DNA from: a virus | Lineage: Duplodnaviria; Caudoviricetes | IMG/VR virus record: IMGVR_UViG_3300033747_000027 | Span: 1-54,836 of that record | DNA length: 54,836 nt | Strand: one strand, 5' to 3' | Shown: one piece after another, positions 24,313-33,655 of the stretch | How positions within the stretch are numbered: the first letter of the stretch is position 1 | Layout of the letters: each line of letters starts with the position of its first letter | Made by a program: the position numbers and the translations under genes | The notes under the pieces: model-generated | The model's database searches: none | The model's input: only the letters and a program-made list of their open reading frames with translations | What the model was told of the DNA's origin: nothing

Positions 24313-27300
24313 AGAACTTCTTTTAGGTTTCTGTTCATCGTTTGCAACTCTTCATAAATTGGCTTCAGGTTTTTGTTGTAAGATGTATTATCAGCTATCT
24401 GCTGCTGAATAGCCACGCTTTGCATTAGATAGTCAGTTGACTGAGTTGTGTTCTCATCTATTGATTTCAGATCAACTCTCATGGCAGTGAATTGCCCGGC
24501 AATTAGGCTTCCTGTTTCTTCTGTAATTCCACGGATTGCACCGGTCAATCCCTGACTATCCGCTGCACTCCCGAAATCAAAACCATATTCTGAAAAAGAA
24601 TCGATCATGACTTGAAAGGCGGGTTTAGCGGTGTCGTAAATATCCTGTATTGATTCTCTAAAGTTCGCAGCCTCTTCAGGGGTTAATCCAATGTTTATCT
24701 CTTCTGAAGAACCTCCTCTCCCTGTTTTCTCTCCGTCGCTACTATCTTTTACGAGCTGCTTCACGGCATTTTGGATTGGCGCTGTAAGCAGATCGGCAGT
24801 AAGCTGTTTTATAATGACATTTTTTATTATACCATCAATCTTTTCTCCCCAAGCCACAGCTGCATCTTCACCAGCCAAAAAAGCATCAGCTAATGATTCT
24901 GATAAATCTTTTACTGTAGTACCAGTTACCTCCTGTGTTATCGTATCTATTTGAGCCATTAACTCATTATAGCTTGACAAAACGGCCTCTATTGCTTCGC
25001 GTTGTTCATCTGATAAATTACCACCTAACAGCCGTTCTCCCAATTTCTCAATTTCTTCGTTTAAAGAAACTGCTTTATCGACCATATCTCCATAGTATTG
25101 TATATAACTGGGAGAACGACGCCTACCGTATGAAGATCCTCCCAACTCATCGTTTAACCGCTTGGCTTCATCTCCTAAATCAGACATACGACGCTGTATG
25201 GAAAATAACGATTGAGATACGGCACTGCTCCCCATGTTAGCTAACGACTGGGTGGCAATGTCAATTGAGGAAAGCATGGTGTCGATTTGTTCCTGCACAT
25301 TTTTGAAATGTTCACTTAGTTTTTCTGGTGCTTGCAAAAACAGGCTTAGTGATGCATCCAGCAACTTTGCCGCTCCCTGTATTACATTACCGCTTGCTAT
25401 ATCTGCAATCCCGCTCATGGCCTGCAATCCATCCTGCAAAAGCTGACCCTGTTCCTCTGTTAAACCTAATTGTTCAGCATATTTGTCTGTAATGCCCTGA
25501 ACATGAAAAAGAATCTCCTGAGTGACTTCAAGTGTCTTCTTGAACTTCTCAGCATCAATGGCGTTTTGCATTTGCTCAGCCTTTTTCTTTGCCTGTTCAA
25601 TCTTTTTATTTAGCTTATCAAATTCAGCATTGACTTTTTTGATAGGATCTATGTTCCCTTCAAAGATATTCTGCTGAATAGGTTTGGTTTTCCCGGGAAC
25701 AAATTCATTTCGCACCGCTTTCACCGCTGTTTCTGCAATTTTCTCCCGGAGCAATAATTCCTGCTGGAGTACTAAAATCCTTGCAGCTATAATCTGCCTG
25801 TCTGATTCATCAGCAGTTTCGAGGTCTTTATACAGCTTGTCAATTTGCTGTTTCAGGTCATCGACTTCTTTGGATGATTTCTTCTTAACACCTGTTAATA
25901 GTTCAAGCTTTTTGGTCAGTTCTTCAACAACCTTTTTCTGATCTTCAATGTCTTTTTCTGCACTTCCTGATCTACGGGAAGGATCCATTAATTCATCCAG
26001 CTTCTTTTGAGCTTCGGAAATGTCTTTTATTAATTTTTCAATCTTTTCCTTATTTGTTGGCTCTCCTAACTGTGCAGCAATGTCATCTATTTGCTCCTTA
26101 ATCTTGGTTTCAGCATCTACCCCCAACCCTTCACCTAATAGCCCCGTCAGCTTGGCCTTGGTGTCATATAACTGCTTTGTAGTGTATTCGCTTAAATCTT
26201 TAAAAAGCTCTTTGTATGGCTTTAATGCTTCCTCTGCGGTAACAGACCCGAGTTCGAGTAATTTCCTTTGACTTTCGGTTAACTTTGAGGCAAGTCCGTC
26301 AATATCTTTGATGACACTATCAAGATCTTCTTTGTTTTGTGAAAGCTCTGTTTTGTTCAGCTCTACGGTCTTTTTAGTAGTCCCTCCTGCCAAGCCGCCT
26401 GTTCCATAGCTCCGCTCTCCGTATCCTGTATTGATTTCCTTAACAAGCCTGTCCCTTGTTGATATAAGTTCATTTAGCTTTTTCTGAGCCTCATCAATTT
26501 CTTGCTTGGTTGAATTTTCAAGAAACTTTTGCAATTCGGCGTTGCTGCCAACGAGTTTTTCCCTCACAACATCAACGGCCTTCCCGTATTGATCGATCCT
26601 GCTAATCGCCTCCGGAAATATAGTTGACAACTGCCTGATTGTATCATTCAGTTCTTTTTGCTCGTCATCGGTAAGTTTGGTCTTACCTTTCAGTTCATCA
26701 TACTTCTTGATAAGTCCATTGATCTCTTGCTGCTTTCCAATTTGAGATATGGAGTCGTTCAAGTCATCAGCCATTTCCTGTGCTGTTTTTGCCTTTTTTG
26801 TGAATGCCACTAAAGCGGTCACTAAGGCAGTCAGTCCAAGTGCAACCAAAACATAAGGATTGTTGAGCATCGTTTTGTTCAGGAAGCTTTGAGCCCGTGC
26901 TGCTCTGATTTCTGCCGCAGTTGCCGTTTGTGATGAAATAAGCTTTTTCCTGTCTGCGGCTATCCCAGCTTGCTTGGCAGCTACTTTTTCAGCTTCTGAT
27001 TTGGCGACGGCTTGAGATTCCAATCTTGCATTGATAACTGTTTCTGCAGTGATTGTCTTTTCCACTGTTGCATTTGCTTTTGAAGCTGTTACCCGTGCTT
27101 TTTCAACTACTGCCAGATCCTTCTTAAGATCCGATGCTTGCTTAGTTGTCAAAGCCCCGGCCATGTATGCAGCATTGGTTTCTGTTACAGTAATTGCATA
27201 GGCTTTCTCTGCGGCTATAAGTTCTGCATTTGCAACAGTAGCTGCCTGTTTAGCAGCTACTGTTTTGGCGGCGGCGGCTTGTTTGGTGGCTGCGTTTGTT

Positions 27301-28349
27301 GCCGCCATGGAGGCGGCGGCTTGTTCCTTTTTTGCTGCGGCTGCGGCTGCGGCTGTTGCGGCTTCTTCAGCAATAATGGCCTGCTTAATGGCAGCTACCT
27401 TTGATTCTATGATTCCGGTCCTGATAGCTTCATTTTTCGCCGCAATCGATTCAGATATAGTGACCGCAATTGTTGCGGCTTTGTAAGTTCCAAGTCCAAC
27501 AGCAAGATATTTCAATACCTCCAATACTTCTTCGTAATTCGCTACCAGGTTACTTAATCCTGATATACCCCCATAAATCACCCCTTCATTAGCTTCTCCG
27601 ATAGAATTCAGCATCACTTGAATCTTATCCTGAAGGTTTGATATCTGCCCGGTAACAGAGGCATTCTGTTTTTCCATGAGGTTGTAAAACTTGCCACCCT
27701 CACTAGCCATGCTTTGGAATGCTTTTTCAACAGCTGGGAATCCAATTTGTCCAGCTTCAACCATATCTTGAATTTCAGCTGATGTTTTACCAAATTGAGT
27801 TGCGAGTTGTTCTACAATTGGGATACCTGCCATCGCAAAATCTCTAATCTCTCGCTGTTGCAATCTACCTAGTGCAGCAACTTGACCGTAGTTAATCGCT
27901 ATCCTTGAAATTGGTACTGAAACGCCTGCAGCAACATCACCCAGCGATTTCATTGTATCCATGACCTTTTCAGTCTCGATACCCATAGCCATCAACTGCT
28001 TGACATTTGATGCAACATCGGTAAGAGTGAAGGGTGTTTTCTGAGCAAATACAATAGCCTCTTGCATTAATCGGTCAGCTCTGGCTTTGCTGCCCAACAT
28101 CGTTTCAAATGCAATTCCAAGCTGTTGGAATTCGCCCCTGACCGATATAATCTCTTTACCAATCTGACTTGCAAAACGCAATGATACGTATGCGGCAGCA
28201 GCCTCCGTAACCCTCCGAAAAGTACGTTCTACTGTCATTCCGCTCTTTTCGGCATTTCTTGCCCATTCAGAAACGGTTTGATTAGAACGTCTTAATCCTG
28301 AAGTTAATTTACTATCGTTGTATGTTGATTCGAAATGTATGGCACTCAT
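24309..28349 (-). CDS. Tail tape measure protein
   Basis: FETMLGS...FAQKTPF...LGDVAAG...GQISNLQD tape-measure domain; 1346 aa, helical. Confidence 0.93.
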   Translation of the reverse strand: MSAIHFESTYNDSKLTSGLRRSNQTVSEWARNAEKSGMTVERTFRRVTEAAAAYVSLRFASQIGKEIISVRGEFQQLGIAFETMLGSKARADRLMQEAIVFAQKTPFTLTDVASNVKQLMAMGIETEKVMDTMKSLGDVAAGVSVPISRIAINYGQVAALGRLQQREIRDFAMAGIPIVEQLATQFGKTSAEIQDMVEAGQIGFPAVEKAFQSMASEGGKFYNLMEKQNASVTGQISNLQDKIQVMLNSIGEANEGVIYGGISGLSNLVANYEEVLEVLKYLAVGLGTYKAATIAVTISESIAAKNEAIRTGIIESKVAAIKQAIIAEEAATAAAAAAAKKEQAAASMAATNAATKQAAAAKTVAAKQAATVANAELIAAEKAYAITVTETNAAYMAGALTTKQASDLKKDLAVVEKARVTASKANATVEKTITAETVINARLESQAVAKSEAEKVAAKQAGIAADRKKLISSQTATAAEIRAARAQSFLNKTMLNNPYVLVALGLTALVTALVAFTKKAKTAQEMADDLNDSISQIGKQQEINGLIKKYDELKGKTKLTDDEQKELNDTIRQLSTIFPEAISRIDQYGKAVDVVREKLVGSNAELQKFLENSTKQEIDEAQKKLNELISTRDRLVKEINTGYGERSYGTGGLAGGTTKKTVELNKTELSQNKEDLDSVIKDIDGLASKLTESQRKLLELGSVTAEEALKPYKELFKDLSEYTTKQLYDTKAKLTGLLGEGLGVDAETKIKEQIDDIAAQLGEPTNKEKIEKLIKDISEAQKKLDELMDPSRRSGSAEKDIEDQKKVVEELTKKLELLTGVKKKSSKEVDDLKQQIDKLYKDLETADESDRQIIAARILVLQQELLLREKIAETAVKAVRNEFVPGKTKPIQQNIFEGNIDPIKKVNAEFDKLNKKIEQAKKKAEQMQNAIDAEKFKKTLEVTQEILFHVQGITDKYAEQLGLTEEQGQLLQDGLQAMSGIADIASGNVIQGAAKLLDASLSLFLQAPEKLSEHFKNVQEQIDTMLSSIDIATQSLANMGSSAVSQSLFSIQRRMSDLGDEAKRLNDELGGSSYGRRRSPSYIQYYGDMVDKAVSLNEEIEKLGERLLGGNLSDEQREAIEAVLSSYNELMAQIDTITQEVTGTTVKDLSESLADAFLAGEDAAVAWGEKIDGIIKNVIIKQLTADLLTAPIQNAVKQLVKDSSDGEKTGRGGSSEEINIGLTPEEAANFRESIQDIYDTAKPAFQVMIDSFSEYGFDFGSAADSQGLTGAIRGITEETGSLIAGQFTAMRVDLKSIDENTTQSTDYLMQSVAIQQQIADNTSYNKNLKPIYEELQTMNRNLKEVL

Positions 28350-28627
28350 TTCTTTTTCTTCTTAAATTTGTTCAGGATAGATCTTGCTTGCTCTCTATCA
28401 GTAACCTTAATTACTTCTTCTTCAGCCTTATTATCATAGTCCCACCAGGGCAAATCACCCATTTTTAGATTCAGGCTTATCCAAGGTTCTGACATTGCTT
28501 CTTTGGTGGAAATACCAAGTGTTTTCTGGATTACAGCTATGCGTCCCCAGATGGTTTCGCCGCCGACAAGTTTTCCCTTGGTTTTAGTTTGTCTAGCCCC
28601 TTGGCCAACTTTATACCTAAAAAAAAA
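28346..28627 (-). CDS. -1 frameshift extension of the chaperone (gpGT-like)
   Basis: T9 at 28619-28627; the -1 frame is open (FRYKVG...GGETIWGRI...KKKKK) to TGA at 28346, which overlaps the tape measure ATG. Confidence 0.75.
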   Translation of the reverse strand, partial: FFFRYKVGQGARQTKTKGKLVGGETIWGRIAVIQKTLGISTKEAMSEPWISLNLKMGDLPWWDYDNKAEEEVIKVTDREQARSILNKFKKKKK

Positions 28628-28989
28628 GCCTCCGGATCGGACTTCTCTTTTATAATTTCAAGTAATTGCCTTATGTCTTTTGGTTTTCCTTTGCCAATTA
28701 ATCTGCTTAAAAATGGGAACCAGGATCCAGTTGCAATTGCAATAGCCCTACATTCAAATTTTAAATTTTTAGCTGTACGCATCATTTCAGTAAACATATC
28801 AGCGTCAACATTCGGACTCTCGACTTTTGACAGTTCTCTGGATATCCGAACAATGGTATTGGCATCTAAATAGGGTATCGATAAGTTCAATTTTAAATAT
28901 TTCCAGAATCTAACCTGAAACTTATCGGATTCTCCTGTTTCGCCCAAAATGAGATTTGCGGCTTCAATAGAAATATTATTTTTTTTCAT
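28537..28989 (-). CDS. Tail assembly chaperone (gpG-like)
   Basis: Lies between the tail tube and tape measure genes; contains a T9 slippery run. Confidence 0.75.
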   Translation of the reverse strand: MKKNNISIEAANLILGETGESDKFQVRFWKYLKLNLSIPYLDANTIVRISRELSKVESPNVDADMFTEMMRTAKNLKFECRAIAIATGSWFPFLSRLIGKGKPKDIRQLLEIIKEKSDPEAFFLGIKLAKGLDKLKPRENLSAAKPSGDA

Positions 28990-28995
28990 AGAAAT

Positions 28996-29021
28996 AAAAA
29001 TTCCCCGGAGAATCCCGGGGA
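28996..29021 (-). terminator. Terminator after the major tail gene
   Basis: CCCCGG...CCGGGG hairpin followed by a T-rich tract on the - strand. Confidence 0.55.
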
Positions 29022-29026
29022 GTTTA

Positions 29027-29554
29027 TTATGCTGGAATATCTACATCTTTAATTTCATAATCTCCTGACAAATCAGCTGCTAATTGAGCTGTCGCCTTCA
29101 TTTCTACAGCAATCATTCCGTCGCGGCTTCCGCTACCGTTGATTTTTGTTTCAATGTAAGCATTGTACATCAGTATTTTTTGTCCTGAATCAAGCTCCAA
29201 TTCAAGGGCTTTTTCGATGTCCTCAAATGATGCTCCATTTTGCCAAGCTGCAGGAGAAGTGGCTGGAACAGCAGCAACTGATGTTCCCCCCTTAATGGCT
29301 TCAAGAACATCATAGGTCATGTCATAAAACTGCATTGTTACTGAAAACTCACCATCTTCTGTTTTTACAACTCGGATTGGTGCTTTCTTCTGATCAGTGC
29401 GAAATTTTGACACTTGTGGATCACTCTCGTTTAGAGATACGGATCCCTTTACGGTATCTGGCAGTGCTGTCATACTACCAGCATCTGGCATTGTGTTTAA
29501 CCCCGTAGGAGCACCGTACTTTGTGCTTTTCAGCGAAAATAAGTATTTAGCCAT
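29027..29554 (-). CDS. Major tail tube protein
   Basis: Position, size and beta-rich sequence. Confidence 0.75.
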   Translation of the reverse strand: MAKYLFSLKSTKYGAPTGLNTMPDAGSMTALPDTVKGSVSLNESDPQVSKFRTDQKKAPIRVVKTEDGEFSVTMQFYDMTYDVLEAIKGGTSVAAVPATSPAAWQNGASFEDIEKALELELDSGQKILMYNAYIETKINGSGSRDGMIAVEMKATAQLAADLSGDYEIKDVDIPA

Positions 29555-29565
29555 TTTAATTCTTT

Positions 29566-29949
29566 TTAATAGTTGATAATGTTTACTTTAAATCTCAAAT
29601 TCATATAATGCTCATCAAATTGTTCTTCTCTGAATAACTCAGATTTCTCAAAGTCAACGAGCATATCAGTTAATGTTACCTTCTCAAGAATGGACAAAGC
29701 AGCGTTGGCCATTGCATCGATTTTAGACCTGTTAGGAATACCTGTCATATTTGTGGCCCGTATATCCTTCGCATGGCAGTTGACATTCACATAAGTCCCT
29801 TGCATTACTCCAGCTGGTACAGGTAGAGAATTAACAACAATGTATTCGTCCTGTTCTAAACCTGTTGGTTTGCTGTGTAAATGCTTTGGTGTCTCAATTC
29901 CTTCAAGCAATGAATAAACCTGATCAGCCGAATAAGTTGATAACTTCAT
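29566..29949 (-). CDS. Tail terminator protein
   Basis: Position in the neck module. Confidence 0.6.
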   Translation of the reverse strand: MKLSTYSADQVYSLLEGIETPKHLHSKPTGLEQDEYIVVNSLPVPAGVMQGTYVNVNCHAKDIRATNMTGIPNRSKIDAMANAALSILEKVTLTDMLVDFEKSELFREEQFDEHYMNLRFKVNIINY

Positions 29950-30389
29950 TTGTTCTTCCTTTCAATTGCATTGAAAAAACTTGTCAGATCAACGATAGCA
30001 GCATCAGCTTGAAACGAGATAACATTATACCCTCTGCTTTCAACTGCAGAAGCATAGTTCATTCCAGCAACCCCGATAAGCTTCAATTCAGAGCTTGATC
30101 CAACTAAATTCAAAACAGCCATAGCAGCTTCTTTTGCTATTTGGCGCTGATCTTCAAATTTCTGTTCAACTATTCGACCATTCTTCATGATGAAGTAGCC
30201 AATGCTTGCCCGGAGATTTCCTGTGACATCTCCAAATCCTCCAGCTTCCTTTGTCATTGATCTGGCATCGGTAACAAACTTTTCACCAGCATATCGCATC
30301 GCTTGTATGACATCGTTCTCAATTCGCTGAACAACTTTCATCTGCTCAGCTATCGAAGCGTTTTTATCAAATCTTGCTTTTAAAGCCAT
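29946..30389 (-). CDS. HK97 gp10-like neck protein
   Basis: DVTGNLRASIGY and AGMNYASAVESRG motifs. Confidence 0.75.
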   Translation of the reverse strand: MALKARFDKNASIAEQMKVVQRIENDVIQAMRYAGEKFVTDARSMTKEAGGFGDVTGNLRASIGYFIMKNGRIVEQKFEDQRQIAKEAAMAVLNLVGSSSELKLIGVAGMNYASAVESRGYNVISFQADAAIVDLTSFFNAIERKNK

Positions 30390-30679
30390 ATTCTGGAATT
30401 TAATTGTCCGTTGTTTGCACCTTTAACCTTGCCCTTATGACTGCCATTTAACTCGTAATCGGCACCGTATGGTATTCCAACAGTAGTAAGGGGCATGTAC
30501 ACCAAGTAAGAATAGTAAATCATCGATCCATCAGCTCCGGGTATTGTTCTGGCCTTAGTATTGGCCTCTTTGCGACACTTAAACGTGTGACTTACGTCTT
30601 CACCTGGTGTCCATTGGCCACCTGCTCCTTTTACCGGATCAGTTTTCCATCTGACAATTATTGAATCCGGATATTGCAT
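30380..30679 (-). CDS. Head closure protein
   Basis: Position and size. Confidence 0.6.
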   Translation of the reverse strand: MQYPDSIIVRWKTDPVKGAGGQWTPGEDVSHTFKCRKEANTKARTIPGADGSMIYYSYLVYMPLTTVGIPYGADYELNGSHKGKVKGANNGQLNSRIWL

Positions 30680-30680
30680 A

Positions 30681-31016
30681 CTACCAACTTTTTGAAGCTC
30701 TACCTCTTGGGACTTTTATCTGACCGACAACGGGTTCATTATACTTTCGATAAATATCGTTAGCGAGCTTTCTAAGCTCTTTTTTCTCAGTTATAGAGAT
30801 TCGATATCCACCCTCAGAAATATTCGGAACAGTGATAAGAGTTATATAAACATCAGCTTTAGCGAGCTCAAACTCTTCAGAAGAATCGCCATAGTCAGCC
30901 GCAGCAGAAAGCCCTCGATCTGTTAGAATACGTTCAAATGTGTTCGCATCCAAATGATCTTGCAAGTGCTTTGCTACGGTTGACTTTATGGCTTCAAGTA
31001 CTGTCATGTTCTGCAA
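30681..31016 (-). CDS. Head-tail adaptor
   Basis: Follows the major capsid gene; ISEGGYRIS motif. Confidence 0.65.
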   Translation of the reverse strand: MQNMTVLEAIKSTVAKHLQDHLDANTFERILTDRGLSAAADYGDSSEEFELAKADVYITLITVPNISEGGYRISITEKKELRKLANDIYRKYNEPVVGQIKVPRGRASKSW

Positions 31017-31023
31017 ACTTCGC

Positions 31024-32172
31024 CTACTCCTCTGTTACCTCTTCTCCTAAGAAGTATGCAGGAACATTATCAGTACCTTCTGTATCTTCGGTTCCACTCC
31101 ATGCTACACCATCAGCCTTGATGATCCACATGGATTCTGGATCATTGATCACCGGAATCGCATTAGCTTCAGCCATGGTCCATTCTTTGAACGGATCCAG
31201 TGTTGACCACTTCTGAAGAAAAACAAAGTCTCTCTTAGTGGTAATAGCTTTCTTCTTAACAGCCTCGGAAGTTTCCGCGGCAATAGGACCATGCTGCACA
31301 TCGCCAATACTCAAGTCAGGAACCAGAGTAACCCTACGAGATTCCCAAGGATTAACGGTAGTACGCTTGTGGCTCTTGTCCTCAATGCGAACGGAAGGTC
31401 TAACGATCACAATTGTTGGTAGCCCCTCAGCTTCCAGGTATTGATTGATCGTTTCCTTGTTGGCAACTACATTACTGGTAAGCTGCTTCCAGCCCTTAAT
31501 TCGTGCGATAGTTGCTGCTTGCTTTTTGAGTTTCAAAAACTCATCATTACGCATGATGGCGTATTTCAGCTCAATACCTTTTGCATCAGCAGCTTCAACA
31601 GCAGCTTCAATATCAGCAATACCATCTGCGGTTGCAGAAGTATCCCAGTTAGTATCAGCAACCAACTTATTCTCTGATGGCATTCCACATCCTACAAACT
31701 CAGCAGTAACAACACCGGCGTTATTGGCGGCATTCAACAAGAAACCACCACGGCTCATCAACTGCATTGACCACCACTCGAAACGACCTCGAACAGCGTT
31801 ATAAACGAAGTCCTGATCTTTGAATGCCAGGTTAAGGATTTCCAATTGATCAGAATCATTCTGAGCATCACGTACCAACTGCTTATATTCGTTGTACTCA
31901 CTTTCGTTCATACCACGCTTCACAGCTGTTTTAGGGATATCCCCAGACATTTTAGAGATTACTTCGCGGGTTTTTTGAGGAGCTGAAGCGTCAAAGCTGA
32001 TCACATCAGCAATAACAGGAGCACCTTTTTCACCAACAAGAGTTTCCCATTTCAGGGAAGTCTTTTTCTTCATACCAAAGAAGTTTGGGTAGTACACAGG
32101 CTTAACCTTATTGGTTCTAAGCCGTGCTGTCATATTCTTTTGGTTTACTTGTTTGATTAACGATCTTTCCAT
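31024..32172 (-). CDS. Major capsid protein (lambda gpE-like)
   Basis: 382 aa; ADVISFDASAP...GDIPK; follows the scaffold and decoration genes. Confidence 0.85.
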   Translation of the reverse strand: MERSLIKQVNQKNMTARLRTNKVKPVYYPNFFGMKKKTSLKWETLVGEKGAPVIADVISFDASAPQKTREVISKMSGDIPKTAVKRGMNESEYNEYKQLVRDAQNDSDQLEILNLAFKDQDFVYNAVRGRFEWWSMQLMSRGGFLLNAANNAGVVTAEFVGCGMPSENKLVADTNWDTSATADGIADIEAAVEAADAKGIELKYAIMRNDEFLKLKKQAATIARIKGWKQLTSNVVANKETINQYLEAEGLPTIVIVRPSVRIEDKSHKRTTVNPWESRRVTLVPDLSIGDVQHGPIAAETSEAVKKKAITTKRDFVFLQKWSTLDPFKEWTMAEANAIPVINDPESMWIIKADGVAWSGTEDTEGTDNVPAYFLGEEVTEE

Positions 32173-32191
32173 TTATCTAAGAATTAATAGA

Positions 32192-32791
32192 TTACACAAA
32201 GCGAATTCCATCGAGTTTAGCTTTCAAGGCCGTATCGATTGGAAAGGGCATTACTGACTCATTAACCTTTCCGGCTTCCAGCAACCCTGATTGCTGATTG
32301 GCAACGGTAAGATCAACCTTGTTCATCGTGATACACTCTGGAGTGTATTTGTAGGCAGCACTTCCTGCAGCAGCATCAGCATTGGCAAGAACAAGAACAT
32401 CACCTTCTGAAACAGCATCAAGAGTAGAAGCAACCGTAATTACATCGTAATCAGCATTGCTTTTGTCGATAGCCGAAATTGTGTTAGCAATCTCTGCCAA
32501 TCCAGAAGCGGTAATTTTATCACCGACTTTAAAAAGGTGGTTCTTCTTCACCGGATAGTCCGTATCAGCGTCAGCAGCATCAGCATGAACCTTTGCTGTT
32601 TTCACGACATGGTAGACACCAGTACCGGAGTCCTTGCCAACAATTGTCAGAGGTGGAAGCTCCTTCAACTGTACTCCTAAAAATGATACATCAAGATCTG
32701 AACGATCGATAGTACCACCACCAATTACATCCATCAAGACTTTTTCGATCCCGGGATGGTATTGGAATTCCTTTTCAGTTTTTCTGTACAT
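32192..32791 (-). CDS. Head decoration protein
   Basis: Lies between scaffold and major capsid genes. Confidence 0.65.
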   Translation of the reverse strand: MYRKTEKEFQYHPGIEKVLMDVIGGGTIDRSDLDVSFLGVQLKELPPLTIVGKDSGTGVYHVVKTAKVHADAADADTDYPVKKNHLFKVGDKITASGLAEIANTISAIDKSNADYDVITVASTLDAVSEGDVLVLANADAAAGSAAYKYTPECITMNKVDLTVANQQSGLLEAGKVNESVMPFPIDTALKAKLDGIRFV

Positions 32792-32810
32792 AACTTACTA
32801 TTTTTGATTA

Positions 32811-33500
32811 TTACTTAATTCCCAAGTCAACCACACCCGGGTCGCTTGATTCTTCGCTCTCGTCCATTAATTTGGCCCATTCTTCTTCAGAGCGTTCCTT
32901 TGGCTGCTGGAAACTTGGCGAATATTCACCTGATTCAACCTTGGCATTGATTGCTGTTTGTTGGATTTCGGTGTATTCAGTTTTCAGAGCCTCGACTTGA
33001 TCTTCCAGAGGTGTCTCAGAAGTCAGATCAACACGACCAACCCATGATTCTGGAAGCTTTGCACCACCGATCAACTTAACTGCTTCAGATTTTCTTTCAG
33101 CAGTGACAGCTTCTGTCTTGCCGGTTTTGATTTCTTTCTTCAGATCTTCAATCTCCTGATCCTTTTGCTCACGATAAGTCTTAAACCAAGACGGTTCATC
33201 TTCGCCTGGCTTTGGATCTTCTTTTTTCACCGGCTTTCCATCCTCTTCAAGACCATGTTTTTCTCTCCAAGCTTTTACAGCTTCTTTTGATGCTGTCTTT
33301 TTAGCTTCTTTTTCAGCATCCTTCTTTGCAGTAGCCTCAGCTTCTTCAATCACCGGGAGAATATTTTCTTTGAAATTGTCGACAGCAGTTTCAACGTCTT
33401 CGGCCTTTGTGACCTTCAATGTTTTTTCAATCCTCGCGGCGTGTTTAGCATCTACACCTTTGGTTTTGCAGTTCTTTTGGAGTAATTCAAGTATTGTCAT
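32811..33500 (-). CDS. Capsid scaffolding protein
   Basis: Highly charged coiled coil with DEPSWFK; likely ATG at 33500. Confidence 0.75.
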   Translation of the reverse strand: MTILELLQKNCKTKGVDAKHAARIEKTLKVTKAEDVETAVDNFKENILPVIEEAEATAKKDAEKEAKKTASKEAVKAWREKHGLEEDGKPVKKEDPKPGEDEPSWFKTYREQKDQEIEDLKKEIKTGKTEAVTAERKSEAVKLIGGAKLPESWVGRVDLTSETPLEDQVEALKTEYTEIQQTAINAKVESGEYSPSFQQPKERSEEEWAKLMDESEESSDPGVVDLGIK

Positions 33501-33558
33501 TCTTAAAAGTTTTAATTTGACTTTACTTAAAATATAAAGTGGAGGTATTTTTACCGAT

Positions 33559-33655
33559 TTTGATAATTGGCAGGGAATATTGTATCTTTGTGGTCTCGAT
33601 GCTACGGCTTCGATGAACCACAGGGCTTGACACATTGTGCCAGGCTTCTGTTTTT
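33559..33655 (+). ncRNA. Candidate sRNA (about 60 nt) with its own promoter and terminator, convergent with the MuF toxin gene
   Basis: TTTG (33559)-N20-TATCTTTG (33583) promoter; hairpin GTGGT...ACCAC; hairpin AGGGCTTGACAC/GTGCCAGGCTTCT followed by TTTTT. Confidence 0.55.

Noticed and set aside
27100-27480. GCN-rich repeats and + strand shadow ORFs in the tape measure gene
   Set aside because: Explained by an Ala-rich helical segment of the tape measure protein.
33500-33635. N-terminal extension of the scaffold ORF, or a hidden immunity gene
   Set aside because: The extension overlaps promoter and hairpin elements; ATG 33500 has the typical A-rich context; no separate ORF of plausible size fits.
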